A stretch of DNA of 64,000 bases from Pirellulales bacterium (GCA_963733035.1 CAVTBU010000005.1:2144001-2208000); one strand, 5' to 3'; shown: positions 48,788 through 59,197, counted from the stretch's first letter. Numbers and translations: made by a program. The notes: generated from the letters alone by a model not told the origin.

Positions 48788-50128
48788 ATGGCTGCGAGCG
48801 AACGCGTTTCCAGTTTAAGGTTCATGCTGCGGGCCCTCCGCTACCACAACTATCGATTGTTCTTCGGTGGGCAAATCGTCTCGTTGGTGGGCACCTGGCT
48901 GAGCATGGTTGCCAGCAGTTGGTTGGTCTATCGACTTTCCAGTGAACAAGGCTACCCGACGGCCCTCATCCTGGGTCTCGTCGGCTTTGCCGGACAATTC
49001 CCCGTTTTTCTACTCACGCCCGTAGCGGGCGTGTGGATCGACCGCTGGAACCGGCACGGCATTTTGGTTGCTACGCAAAGCCTGTCGATGTTGCAATCGT
49101 TTGTGTTGGCCGCGCTCACACTGGGTGGCTGGATCACCATCTGGCAAGTCGTGGCGCTGGCAGTTGTACAGGGATTAATCAACGCGATTGACGTTCCCGC
49201 CCGACAGGCATTCGTCGTCGAGATGGTGGAGAATCGCGAGGATCTGAGCAACGCCATCGCGCTGAATTCGTCGATGGTGCACAGCGCGCGGCTCATTGGT
49301 CCGGCATTGGCCGGTTACCTGATCTATCGCGTCGGCGAGGGGTACTGTTTTCTTGTAGACGGTTTCAGCTACTCGGCCGTGATCGTCGCACTCTTGTGCA
49401 TGAAGCTCAGCCACGCCGCGCGGCATGCGCCACCCACGCGCGCGTTCGATGCTTTCAAGGAAGGGCTGCGATATGCGTTTCAGTTTGCGCCGATTCGGAC
49501 GCTGCTCGTGATGGTGGCCATCACAAGCCTGTCAGCCATCTCACAATCCACGTTGATGCCAATCTTCGCCGACACGATTCTGGGCGGCGGTGAGCGCACA
49601 CTCGGATGGCTGTTAGGAGCATCAGGCTTGGGTGCGCTAGGAGGCAGCTTGTACCTGGCGGCGCGGCGAAGCGTTCTCGGTCTGGGACGCGTCATCGCCC
49701 TGGCCTCGGCGACAGTCGGCGTGATGCTGATTCTGTTTTCAATGTCGCGATCATTCCCTCTGTCGCTGGCGCTGCTAGTTGTTTGCGGGTTCGCGCTAGT
49801 CACGCAGATGGCTGCTTCGAACACGATCTTGCAAACTCTGGTCGACGACGATAAACGTGGCCGCGTGATGGCCCTGTTTTCCATGGCCTTTCTGGGAGTC
49901 GCGCCGTTGGGCAGTTTGCTGTCGGGTGGAATTGCCACCCTCTTCGGAGCCCAAGTTTCGCTCGCGATTTCAGGCGGCGTGTGCCTGATCGTCGCCGCGG
50001 CATTCATCCGGCACCTACCGAACTTGCGGGCCTTGATCCGTCCCATCTACAGAGCAAAGGGAATTCTGCCCGAAATCGCCGCCGGAATGGAAGCGACCGA
50101 AACGATCGTCCCCACGACCCCGGAATAG
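48788..50128 (+). CDS. MFS transporter
   Basis: About 12 TM; NYRLFFGGQ.VS.VGTW, PARQAF, NAIALNS, RGRVM. Confidence 0.92.
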   Translation: MAASERVSSLRFMLRALRYHNYRLFFGGQIVSLVGTWLSMVASSWLVYRLSSEQGYPTALILGLVGFAGQFPVFLLTPVAGVWIDRWNRHGILVATQSLSMLQSFVLAALTLGGWITIWQVVALAVVQGLINAIDVPARQAFVVEMVENREDLSNAIALNSSMVHSARLIGPALAGYLIYRVGEGYCFLVDGFSYSAVIVALLCMKLSHAARHAPPTRAFDAFKEGLRYAFQFAPIRTLLVMVAITSLSAISQSTLMPIFADTILGGGERTLGWLLGASGLGALGGSLYLAARRSVLGLGRVIALASATVGVMLILFSMSRSFPLSLALLVVCGFALVTQMAASNTILQTLVDDDKRGRVMALFSMAFLGVAPLGSLLSGGIATLFGAQVSLAISGGVCLIVAAAFIRHLPNLRALIRPIYRAKGILPEIAAGMEATETIVPTTPE

Positions 50129-50198
50129 CTCGTGCGAGGTTTAACCGTTGGATTTAAAATGGAATCGGCGTCCCGATTCGTGAGAGGGTTTCAGAGAC

Positions 50199-50609
50199 AT
50201 GAACAACGATCTGCAAGACCGCCGTGGCTCGTTCCTGCATTTGCTTGCCGTGGGCGCGGCGCTCGCCGCACTGATTGCCGTGGTACTCGTAATCCAAACT
50301 ACGAGCGGGTGGAAAACTGCCGTGCCGTTGAAACCGAGCGATTCGCTCTCGTTGTGGCGTGCATCCAGCGAGGACGAGAAACGCGTTACGGCCGAAGTGA
50401 TTGTGGACGAACTTCGAGCGGCACACGTGCTCGGCCCGCAGACCTCCGCGAAGCTCGACCAGCCTGGTGGGAAGAAAGAACTCGTCGACGCACTCATTTT
50501 AAAACTTGATGAGGCCACGAATCCTGATGTCACAGCGTATGTCTCCCCCGGCGACACGATGATCAAGACCGCAGAAGAAGTAGCTCCCCAAGAAGGCTGG
50601 GACCAATAG
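50199..50609 (+). CDS. Hypothetical single-TM protein
   Basis: N-terminal TM; fills the gap between the MFS gene and the liv operon. Confidence 0.6.
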   Translation: MNNDLQDRRGSFLHLLAVGAALAALIAVVLVIQTTSGWKTAVPLKPSDSLSLWRASSEDEKRVTAEVIVDELRAAHVLGPQTSAKLDQPGGKKELVDALILKLDEATNPDVTAYVSPGDTMIKTAEEVAPQEGWDQ

Positions 50610-50656
50610 TGCGTCTCCCCGACCCGCGGGCCGATGGCAATCGAAGTTGATGTCGA

Positions 50657-50685
50657 TTGACGCAATATTTGGCCTGCGCTAAAAT
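50657..50685 (+). promoter_or_regulatory. sigma-70 promoter of the liv-type operon
   Basis: TTGACG-N17-TAAAAT. Confidence 0.65.
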
Positions 50686-50745
50686 CGCTTGGCGGCGGAC
50701 GTTAACCCTGATACTCACACGACTTGCTCACGACGCCGCACACTG

Positions 50746-51960
50746 ATGGCCCGCTTCCTGCCACCGCTGCTGCTCATCGCCCTGCTGGTGGTCACCATGA
50801 TCGTGGGGCTGGCCGGTTCGGGTGGCGGTAATCCGCACGTCATCAAGATTGTTTCCAGCCTTCCGCGCACCGGCAGCGCGAAGGCGCAGACCGACACGAT
50901 CGTCGGCGGAATCAAGATTGCCCTGGCCGAGGCCAACTACAAGGCCGGCGAGTTCGACATCGAGTTTGCTGACTGGGACGATGCCACGGCCGGAGCCGGC
51001 CAGTGGACTGCCGAAGCCGAAACCGCCAACGCCAACCGCGCGGTGAGCGACCCGGACGTGATGATTTACATGGGAACCTACAATTCCGGCGCGGCCAAGA
51101 TATCCATGCCCATCCTGAACAAGGCCGGTCTGCTGATGATTAGTCCGGCCAACACGTGGCCCGGCCTTACGAAGCCGGGCATGGGAGACCCGGGCGAACC
51201 GGACATCTACCGCCCCAGCGGCAAGGTGAGCTACCTGCGGCTCGTGCCGACCGACGATTTGCAGGGCCCGCTGGGGGCCGTTTGGGCCAAGGAGCTTGGC
51301 GTTGGCCGCGTCTATGTCCTCGATGACAACGAGGTCTATGGCAAGGGCATTGCCACGCTCTTCATCGATGCCTGCCAGGATCTGGGTATTGAAGTTCTCG
51401 GGCACGAAAGCATCGATGTTAAGGCCCAGGAGTTCAAACCGCTGATGGCCACGATCAAGGGCCTCGACCCGGACCTGGTTTATTTTGGCGGAACGACACA
51501 GAGCAAAGGAGGACAAATCGCCAAGGACATGGTCGCCGCCGGACTCGACTGCAAGCTGATGGTTCCCGACGCGTGCTATGAGGAGGCGTTTATCGAGTCG
51601 GCAGGGCCCGAGAACGTCAATGACCGCGTGTACGTCACTTTTGGCGGTCTGCCGCCGGAACAACTGACCGGGCCGGGCAAGGCGTTTGTCGACAACTATC
51701 AAAAGCGGTTTGGCAAGTTGCCAGAGGGCTACGCGATTTACGGTTACGAGGCAGCCAAGGCGGCACTCGAGGCAGTTCGTCTGGCGGGTATCAAGGACCG
51801 CGAGGCGATTCGGCAGGCGGCGCTAAGCATTCACAACTTTGACCGAGGCGCGTTGGGCACCTGGTCGTTCGACGAAAATGGTGACACCACGTTGACCACG
51901 ATCAGCGGCATTCGCATTCACAACGGAAAGTTCGAGTTTGTCAAAATCCTTGGCCAATAG
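50746..51960 (+). CDS. Branched-chain amino acid ABC transporter substrate-binding protein (LivJ/K-like)
   Basis: N-terminal hydrophobic anchor, GTYNSG, ISPANT, DDLQG, YGKG.A, G.WSFDENGD. Confidence 0.92.
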   Translation: MARFLPPLLLIALLVVTMIVGLAGSGGGNPHVIKIVSSLPRTGSAKAQTDTIVGGIKIALAEANYKAGEFDIEFADWDDATAGAGQWTAEAETANANRAVSDPDVMIYMGTYNSGAAKISMPILNKAGLLMISPANTWPGLTKPGMGDPGEPDIYRPSGKVSYLRLVPTDDLQGPLGAVWAKELGVGRVYVLDDNEVYGKGIATLFIDACQDLGIEVLGHESIDVKAQEFKPLMATIKGLDPDLVYFGGTTQSKGGQIAKDMVAAGLDCKLMVPDACYEEAFIESAGPENVNDRVYVTFGGLPPEQLTGPGKAFVDNYQKRFGKLPEGYAIYGYEAAKAALEAVRLAGIKDREAIRQAALSIHNFDRGALGTWSFDENGDTTLTTISGIRIHNGKFEFVKILGQ

Positions 51961-52011
51961 TTCCTGCCCTCCAGGATCACGTGCGGCGTTGGGTATCCAC
52001 CGGGCCGGAGG

Positions 52012-52977
52012 ATGCGCGCCGTGATGTCACCCATGTTGTTAGCCGCCGCCGATGCAAACGCCTGGCAGACTTTGCTGCAATACACCCTCATCGGCCTGAC
52101 CAACGGGGCGCTGTTCGCGCTGATTGCGCTCGGCTACACGATGGTCTATGGGATCATCGAGTTGATCAATTTCGCGCACGGCGAAGTCTTCATGCTAGGT
52201 TCCTTCCTGGCGCTGGCCTTGATCGGGGTGCTCGGTCTGGAGGACGCGAGCGCCGTGCATTTCTGGCTCGGCATCGTCGCACTGTTAATCGCGGTGCCAG
52301 CCTTTTGCGGTGGATTGAATATGGCGATCGATCGCATCGTGTATAAGCCGCTTCGCAACGCGCCCAAGCTCGCGCCGCTGGTGTCCGCCATTGGCGTTTC
52401 GTTCGTGCTCATGAACGTTGGCCTGTTGTGGGGCGGAGCCGCCGACAAGCACTTTCCGGACCTGGTGTCACGTCACAACCTGTTCGGCGAGCAGGCCGCG
52501 GTCAGCTTCACCAACAAGGACTTGATGGTGATGGTCGTGACCGTGCCGATCATGATCGCCCTGACCTTGTTCGTCAAAGGCACCAAGCTCGGCAAGGCGA
52601 TGCGAGCCACCGCCCAGGATCCGGTCGCCGCACAGCTAATGGGTATCAATGTCGACCGCGTCATTGGAGTCACCTTCGCTCTCGGTGGAGGGTTGGCCGG
52701 CGCGGCGGCAGTGATCTACGGGCTGTATATCAACACGGTCAGCTACCAGATGGGCTTTACCAACGGCCTGTACGCGTTCACGGCCGCCGTGCTTGGAGGC
52801 ATCGGCAATATTCCCGGCGCGGTGCTGGGCGGACTGGTGATTGGGTTGGCTCGCTCGTTTGGCTCCGGTTACGTGGGTGAACGTTGGACGAGTGCTCTGG
52901 TGTTCGTGATCCTGATTGCGATTCTCGTGTTCCGCCCAGAAGGGCTGCTCGGCACGCGCACGCGGGAGAAGGTATGA
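52012..52977 (+). CDS. livH: Branched-chain amino acid ABC permease
   Basis: LIALGYTMVYGII.LINFAHG, GKAMRA, AFTAAVLGGIG. Confidence 0.93.
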   Translation: MRAVMSPMLLAAADANAWQTLLQYTLIGLTNGALFALIALGYTMVYGIIELINFAHGEVFMLGSFLALALIGVLGLEDASAVHFWLGIVALLIAVPAFCGGLNMAIDRIVYKPLRNAPKLAPLVSAIGVSFVLMNVGLLWGGAADKHFPDLVSRHNLFGEQAAVSFTNKDLMVMVVTVPIMIALTLFVKGTKLGKAMRATAQDPVAAQLMGINVDRVIGVTFALGGGLAGAAAVIYGLYINTVSYQMGFTNGLYAFTAAVLGGIGNIPGAVLGGLVIGLARSFGSGYVGERWTSALVFVILIAILVFRPEGLLGTRTREKV

Positions 52978-54089
52978 CGCGTCCCAAACGCCACCTGCCA
53001 AAATGGATTGAGAGCGGGCGGGTGTGGCCAGTGTATCTGGCTGTGCTGTTCATCTACCCGCTATTGGTCTATCCCGACCAGGTGCTCTTTCGCTGGACGC
53101 AGATCTCCATCGGGATGCAACTCACCTATATCTTCATCTATGCCATTTTGGCCCTCGGTCTGAACGTCGTCGTTGGCTATACGGGCATCTTGCATTTAGG
53201 GATTGCCGCCTTCTTCGGCATCGGGGCGTACATCACGGGCATCCTGGCCGTCCCAGCATATCCTTTTGGATTTGGATTCTTGGCGACTCTCGTGTGTGCC
53301 ACGGCCGGCGCGGCACTCACGGGCATTCTACTCGGAGCCCCGACGCTACGGCTGCGGGGTGATTACGTGGCCATTGTCACCTTGGGCTTTGGCGAGGTGA
53401 CCCGTTTCACACTCCGCAACCTCGAGGAGATCACCGCCGGCACGCGCGGTTTGAATCCGGTGCCACCGCCACATCTGCCGGCCTTCTTGCATCGCCCCCT
53501 GGGCTGGCTGGGAATCCAACCGGATTGGAGTCTCGACTATCGGCTGTTCTATTACCTGGCGCTGGGCATTTTACTACTCGTCGTGTTGTTGCTGCGAAAC
53601 CTCGAACGGTCCCGCCTAGGCCGCGCCTGGATCGCGATTCGCGAAGACGAATTGGCCGCCACTTGCATGGGCATTAATGCCGCCCGGGTCAAGCTCTCCG
53701 CTTTTGCCCTGGGCTGTGGTCTGGCCGGCATGGCTGGTTGTCTGTATGCCACCGCGCTAACCAGTACGGCCGGACCCGATGCCTTCGATTTCAATCGTTC
53801 CGTGATCATGCTCTGCTGCGTGATCCTCGGCGGACTGGGAAGTATTCGCGGCACGCTGCTGGGCGTGTTCCTGCTGGTCGGATTCGACAATGTCGTTGCG
53901 CCGGCACTTGACGGGATGCTGCAGCGAGCGAACATCAACCCCGGCGGCAGCGCGCTGCTGACCTTCAGCAATTGGAAGCTGATGATCTTCGGCTTGGCAC
54001 TGATCCTGATGATGCGTTTCCGACCCGAGGGCCTGCTGCCCTCGCAGGAGATTGAAGCGGAGTTGCACGCGGCGGGAGGTGCCCGGTGA
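52974..54089 (+). CDS. livM: Branched-chain amino acid ABC permease
   Basis: LGLNVVVG, RLRGDY.AIVTLGFGE, GRAWIAIREDE, RPEGL; ATGA coupling to livH. Confidence 0.93.
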   Translation: MTRPKRHLPKWIESGRVWPVYLAVLFIYPLLVYPDQVLFRWTQISIGMQLTYIFIYAILALGLNVVVGYTGILHLGIAAFFGIGAYITGILAVPAYPFGFGFLATLVCATAGAALTGILLGAPTLRLRGDYVAIVTLGFGEVTRFTLRNLEEITAGTRGLNPVPPPHLPAFLHRPLGWLGIQPDWSLDYRLFYYLALGILLLVVLLLRNLERSRLGRAWIAIREDELAATCMGINAARVKLSAFALGCGLAGMAGCLYATALTSTAGPDAFDFNRSVIMLCCVILGGLGSIRGTLLGVFLLVGFDNVVAPALDGMLQRANINPGGSALLTFSNWKLMIFGLALILMMRFRPEGLLPSQEIEAELHAAGGAR

Positions 54090-55417
54090 GCCTGCTGGAA
54101 CTGGAAAAATTGACCGTGCGGTTCGGTGGTTTGACGGCCGTCGAAAACGTCGAGACGCGCGTCGAGCAGGGCCGCATCTTTTCGATCATCGGACCCAACG
54201 GCGCCGGTAAGACCACCGTCTTCAACGTCATCACCGGCATCTACGATCCAACGTCCGGGCACGTCAAGTTTCGCGGGCGTGAACTGATGCGACTCTTCAC
54301 CTGGAGAGTCGGCCTGGCCGCAATGCTGGTCGGTCTGGTGACCGGACTCGTAGCAGCGCTCCTGGCGCTGAACGTTGACGCGCTGTGGCGGGCCACGATC
54401 AAACGCAACTACGCGGGACCCGGAGCAACCTTTTCCTATCGCGCGGCCTGGGACGACGCCGGGAACTACCTCGACGGCAAGTTGGCCCTCGAACCGATTC
54501 GCGGCGGTCGCTGGGCGGTACGCACCGCCGATGGCCGGCGTACGTTGGGATTTGCCAAAACCCGTAAAGCCGCGGAACAATCGCGCGAGCAATTCAACAA
54601 GCTGATTGATGCCGGCCGTCGCTATAACAATGGTACGAGCGATCCAATTCGCCAGCAGAATGACCATTGGGTGATCACCAGCGACGGCCTAGCGCTGGCC
54701 ACATTCAACTCCGAGTCGGACGCTCGCTCGCTGCTCGACAAGTACGCCAACCTCGCGCACGATCCGGTTTCGCGCAAGCGCGATAGCCTGCTTGCTCTCT
54801 TCGGAGGCATCGTGCTCGGCACCGCCGGCACACTCGCCGTTTGGAGCCGGGCTCGCCGCTCACCCGAAGTGATCGCCCGGGCCGGGATCGCCCGTACGTT
54901 TCAAAACATTCGGCTGTTCCAGAACATGACCGTGCTCGACAACGTGCTGACGGCGATGGACCGCCGCATCCGTGGTGGCGTCATTCGCATGGCTCTGCGA
55001 ACGCCTGGAATTCGTCGCCATGAGCGTGAAGCCCGCGAGCAGGCCCAGGAGTTGCTCAATTTCGTCGGCTTGGCCGACCAACAGCACATGCTTGCCAAGA
55101 ATCTGCCCTATGGCGACCAGCGACGACTGGAGATCGCCCGCGCGCTGGCCACACGGCCTGATCTCGTGCTGCTCGACGAACCGGCCGCCGGCATGAACCC
55201 GGCCGAATCGCTTGAGTTGAACGGTCTCATCCAGGAAATCCGTGCCCGCGGGCCGACCGTAATGCTGATCGAACATCACATGAACGTGGTGATGGGGATT
55301 TCCGATCGGATTGCCGTGCTGGAATATGGCCGCAAGATTGCCGAGGGAACGCCGGACGAGATTCGCAACGACCCAAAGGTCATCGCCGCGTATCTTGGCG
55401 ACGAAGAGGTGACTTGA
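54086..55417 (+). CDS. livG: LivG-type ABC ATPase with a ~190-aa two-TM insertion
   Basis: GPNGAGKT, ARTFQNIRLF, LPYGDQRRLEIARALA, LLDEPAAG, LIEH; 443 aa. Confidence 0.9.
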   Translation: MSLLELEKLTVRFGGLTAVENVETRVEQGRIFSIIGPNGAGKTTVFNVITGIYDPTSGHVKFRGRELMRLFTWRVGLAAMLVGLVTGLVAALLALNVDALWRATIKRNYAGPGATFSYRAAWDDAGNYLDGKLALEPIRGGRWAVRTADGRRTLGFAKTRKAAEQSREQFNKLIDAGRRYNNGTSDPIRQQNDHWVITSDGLALATFNSESDARSLLDKYANLAHDPVSRKRDSLLALFGGIVLGTAGTLAVWSRARRSPEVIARAGIARTFQNIRLFQNMTVLDNVLTAMDRRIRGGVIRMALRTPGIRRHEREAREQAQELLNFVGLADQQHMLAKNLPYGDQRRLEIARALATRPDLVLLDEPAAGMNPAESLELNGLIQEIRARGPTVMLIEHHMNVVMGISDRIAVLEYGRKIAEGTPDEIRNDPKVIAAYLGDEEVT

Positions 55418-56130
55418 TGCCGCCGCTGTTGGCCGTTGAAAACTTGCGGGCGGGCTACGGCCCGATTGAAGTCCTCAAGGGCCTGTCGCTCGAAGTGCGG
55501 CCGGGCGAAATCGTGGCACTCATCGGCGCCAACGGTGCCGGCAAGACGTCCACGCTGATGAGTATCTCGGGCTGTGTGAGGCCGCGTTCCGGGCGGATTC
55601 GCCTCGCTGGTCGAGAGATCCACACCTTGGCGCCTCACGAGATCGTACGGCTGGGTGTCTGCCATTCGCCCGAAGGTCGCAAAATATTTCCCCGACTGAC
55701 GGTGCTCGAAAACCTGCAGATGGGCGCGTTCGCCAGTCGCAACAAGCCGCAAATCGAACGCGACCTGGCGCGTGCCTTCGAATTGTTTCCGATTCTCAAA
55801 CAGCGACGATCGCAAGCCGGCGGCACGCTCTCCGGTGGCGAACAGCAGATGCTAGCCGTTGCGCGAGCCATGATGGGTGGGCCCAAATTGCTGCTGCTCG
55901 ACGAACCTTCGCTCGGGCTGGCACCTCTCATCGTGCTGAAGATCTTCGAAGTCGTGCGCAAACTGAACGACGACGGGATTTCGATCCTGCTCGTCGAGCA
56001 GGCCGCAAGGATGGCGCTCAAGCTCGCCCATCGAGGATACGTAATGGAAACCGGCGAGATCACGATGAGCGGATCGGCGGCGGAACTGCTGGCCGACCCG
56101 CGGGTACAGGATGCTTATTTGGGTGGGTAG
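55417..56130 (+). CDS. livF: Branched-chain amino acid ABC ATPase
   Basis: GANGAGKT, PEGRKIF, LSGGEQQML, LDEPSLGLAP, AYLGG. Confidence 0.94.
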   Translation: MPPLLAVENLRAGYGPIEVLKGLSLEVRPGEIVALIGANGAGKTSTLMSISGCVRPRSGRIRLAGREIHTLAPHEIVRLGVCHSPEGRKIFPRLTVLENLQMGAFASRNKPQIERDLARAFELFPILKQRRSQAGGTLSGGEQQMLAVARAMMGGPKLLLLDEPSLGLAPLIVLKIFEVVRKLNDDGISILLVEQAARMALKLAHRGYVMETGEITMSGSAAELLADPRVQDAYLGG

Positions 56131-56291
56131 TGTAAACGAATGACCGCGAATCGCTCCACCGTTTTCCAAGTCGCTCGATGTGCGTGCGTGGCAGTGAAAG
56201 CCACCATTCCTCTTGTTCCCCGCGCTCGCCACGAATAGACTTCGGGCGTCGGAAACGCATTCGAGTAAATCGTTTGGCAGAGGGATGTCGC

Positions 56292-56850
56292 GTGGTTCAG
56301 CACGAACAACTTTGGGCCCCTTGGCGGCTGGCGTACGTCAGTGGTGAAGCCGCGGCCGAGGCGGCGAAACAGCACGCGGCCGAACTAAAACTGCTTCCAG
56401 GCGCCGATCCCGAGTGCTTCATTTGCCGCGCCGTGGCTGATCGCGATGACCGCGGCAACCTGGTCGTCGCTCGAACCGAACTCTCAATCGTGATCCTCAA
56501 TCGCTTTCCTTACAACAATGGCCACTTGCTCGTCGCGCCGCGCGTGCACAAGGGGCGCCCAGACGAGCTGAACGATTGCTGAACTGCTCGACATGCAGCA
56601 GCTTATCGTCAAGTACATGGAACTCTACGAGCGAATGATGGCTGCCCAGGGCTTCAATGTCGGCCTGAACCTGGGCAAGGTCGCGGGGGCCGGTCTGCCG
56701 GGCCACTTGCACTGGCACGTGGTGCCTCGCTGGCACGGTGATACGAACTTCATGCCGGCCCTGGCGGGCGTACGGGTCATTCCGCAAGCGCTCGATGCGC
56801 TGTGGGAAATGCTGCAGCCTGACGAATTGCCCCCCGAGGAAGAGTTCTAG
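56292..56850 (+). CDS. HIT family hydrolase, 1-nt frameshift near 56577
   Basis: LWAPWR, CFIC, LNRFPYNNGHL, then GFNVGLNLG..AGAG..HLHWHVVPRW; removing one T gives ...NDAELLDMQ. Confidence 0.9.
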
Positions 56851-56853
56851 CGG

Positions 56854-57996
56854 ATGGGCGCCAAACGCACCGACGATTCGCCTGTCTTGCCGCTACGGTT
56901 GATTGCCGATCGTGAGCGGGTGCTACTGGCACCATACGCGATGCACAGCGCCCAATCGGCAGGCCGCGAACATCCCGAGCCGGAGCATCCCTATCGTGGA
57001 CCTTTCCAGCGAGACCGCGACCGCATCGTTCACAGCGCCGCTTATCGCCGGCTTAGCGACAAGACCCAGGTCTTTACTGGCGAGCTAGGCGACTATCATC
57101 GTACGCGGCTGACGCACACGATCGAAGTTGCGTCGGTCGCCCGCACGGTTGGCCGCGCGCTGGCGCTGAACGAAGACTTGATCGAAGCTCTGGCGCTACT
57201 GCACGACATCGGCCACCCGCCGTTCGGACACGCTGGCGAAGACACGCTCGACAAACTTCTCCGCGACGAAGGTGGCTTCAGCCACAATGCACAGGCGCTG
57301 AGGATCGTACGCCAATTGGAGACGCGATACTACGAATTCCCGGGCTTGAATCTCTCTCGCGAGGTGCTCGAAGGACAAAGCACGCGGATCAAGCACGAAA
57401 GTGGTCCCCAGTCTCCGCTATTGGAAGTGCAAGTAGTCGAAGCGGCGGACAGCATCACCTACGACACGCACGATGCCGACGACGCACTGGAGCTCGAGTT
57501 GCTTTCGCTTGACGATCTGCTCCAGCAGCCGCTGTGGGCCGCCGCCGCAAAACGGGTGCGGCAGCGGGCAGCTGGCATCACGGGCAACGAACTTCGTCGA
57601 GCGGTGCTTCACGAACTGATCGATTGGCAAGTGTCCGACCTCTTAGAGCGCGCCTCCGGTAGTTTGTCGGATGGTCGACTCGATAGCCCTCAGGCCGTAC
57701 GCGGCAGCGAGATTGTGATCATTTCCAGTCCGGAATTAGCCGCCCAGAAGCGCGATCTGGAACAGTTTCTCCGCGAGCGGGTCTATCGTCATCCGAACGT
57801 GCTGGCCCATCGCCAGGCGGCGCAGGCGGTACTTGAGGAAATGTTTACCGGTTATGTGGCTCATCCGGAGAATATGCCCGTCCGCTTTCAGCGCCGAGCC
57901 GAACAAGCTGGCCTGAGGCGGACGGTAGGCGACTACGTGGCCGGCATGACCGATCGCTACGCGCGGCGCGAATACGATCGGCTGTTTCGCCGCTGA
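56854..57996 (+). CDS. dgt: Deoxyguanosinetriphosphate triphosphohydrolase (HD dNTPase)
   Basis: FQRDRDRI.HS, KTQVF, RTRLTH, HDIGHPPFGHAGE, HDADD, DYVAGMTD. Confidence 0.92.
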   Translation: MGAKRTDDSPVLPLRLIADRERVLLAPYAMHSAQSAGREHPEPEHPYRGPFQRDRDRIVHSAAYRRLSDKTQVFTGELGDYHRTRLTHTIEVASVARTVGRALALNEDLIEALALLHDIGHPPFGHAGEDTLDKLLRDEGGFSHNAQALRIVRQLETRYYEFPGLNLSREVLEGQSTRIKHESGPQSPLLEVQVVEAADSITYDTHDADDALELELLSLDDLLQQPLWAAAAKRVRQRAAGITGNELRRAVLHELIDWQVSDLLERASGSLSDGRLDSPQAVRGSEIVIISSPELAAQKRDLEQFLRERVYRHPNVLAHRQAAQAVLEEMFTGYVAHPENMPVRFQRRAEQAGLRRTVGDYVAGMTDRYARREYDRLFRR

Positions 57997-58092
57997 AAAT
58001 CAGGCGGTTGGCAAGCGGCGCGTCCGAGACCTACAATAAAGGTACGCGTCGCCCCCATTGCCCCATCACATCGCTGAAAGTGCCGGCCACGT

Positions 58093-59139
58093 ATGGGCCT
58101 GATCATCCTGCGAGTCTTATTTGTATTGGTGGCCGCCGGTGTAGGCGTGCAACTCATCAATGCCGACGTTTTGGCGTCCGATCCGGCATATATACCTTGG
58201 CTTGTGTTCGGCGGGGTGATGATGCTGGCCGCGGGCGTGATCGCGCTTGATTCGTTCGTGCGCCAAAAGCGCATCGATACCATCTCGGCCGTCTACCTGG
58301 GTCTGATCGTGGGCTTGTTCTTGACCTACGTGTTGCGGTTGGCCCTGAGTCCCATGCTGTCGGCGAAGAGTCCGGTCGTGCCGTATATCGAATTGTTCCT
58401 GGGATCCGTGCTCTGTTACACCTGTATCAGCCTGTTGCTGCAAACCAAAGACGATTTTCGATTCATTATTCCCTATGTCGAATTCGTCAAGGAAATCAAG
58501 GGCCTCAAGCCCTACGTCCTGGATACCAGCGTCGTCATCGACGGCCGCATTGCCGACGTCGTTGAAACCAAGGTGCTGGACAACCAGTTGATCATGCCCC
58601 GCTTCGTCATTTCCGAGTTGCAGAACATCGCCGACAGTTCGGACAAGCTGCGCCGCAGTCGCGGCCGGCGGGGGCTCGATATTCTTAACCGGCTCAGCAA
58701 TGCCAGTGACGTCGACTTCAAAATCTACGACCGCGAGCTGCCCGAGTTCACTGGCCAGCCAGTCGATCTGAAACTCGTGCTACTGGCCAAGTACTTGCAA
58801 GGGAAAGTGGTCACCAACGACTACAATCTCAACAAGGTGGCTCGTTTGCACGGCGTGGGTGTGATCAATCTCAATGACCTGGCCAATGCGCTCAAGCCGA
58901 TCGTACTACCCGGCGAGGGCCTGGAAGTGCGAATCGTCAAGCAGGGCGAAGAGGCCGGACAGGGAGTTGGGTATTTGGACGACGGCACGATGATCGTCGT
59001 CGAGGGGGGACGCGACCACATCAACCAAACGGTCAAAATCGCCGTCACCAGCGTGCTACAAACCAGTGCCGGCCGTATGATCTTTGGGCGCTACGATCAG
59101 GTCATCAAGCCCCAACCAGTCGGGCAATCACACGACTAG
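58093..59139 (+). CDS. Membrane PIN/TRAM domain protein (YacL-like)
   Basis: 4 TM, LDTSVVIDGRI, RGRRGLDIL, TNDYNLNKVA, GVGYLDDGTM; TTGGCA-N18-TACAAT upstream. Confidence 0.92.
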   Translation: MGLIILRVLFVLVAAGVGVQLINADVLASDPAYIPWLVFGGVMMLAAGVIALDSFVRQKRIDTISAVYLGLIVGLFLTYVLRLALSPMLSAKSPVVPYIELFLGSVLCYTCISLLLQTKDDFRFIIPYVEFVKEIKGLKPYVLDTSVVIDGRIADVVETKVLDNQLIMPRFVISELQNIADSSDKLRRSRGRRGLDILNRLSNASDVDFKIYDRELPEFTGQPVDLKLVLLAKYLQGKVVTNDYNLNKVARLHGVGVINLNDLANALKPIVLPGEGLEVRIVKQGEEAGQGVGYLDDGTMIVVEGGRDHINQTVKIAVTSVLQTSAGRMIFGRYDQVIKPQPVGQSHD

Positions 59140-59197
59140 CAAACCGTCGCTCAGCCCTCACGCGGCAATCGCATCGCGGCTTGCGCAAAACGGCCGA

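Noticed and set aside
56578..56595. TGA in the HIT gene as selenocysteine or readthrough
   Set aside because: The downstream half is in a different frame; removing one base restores the protein
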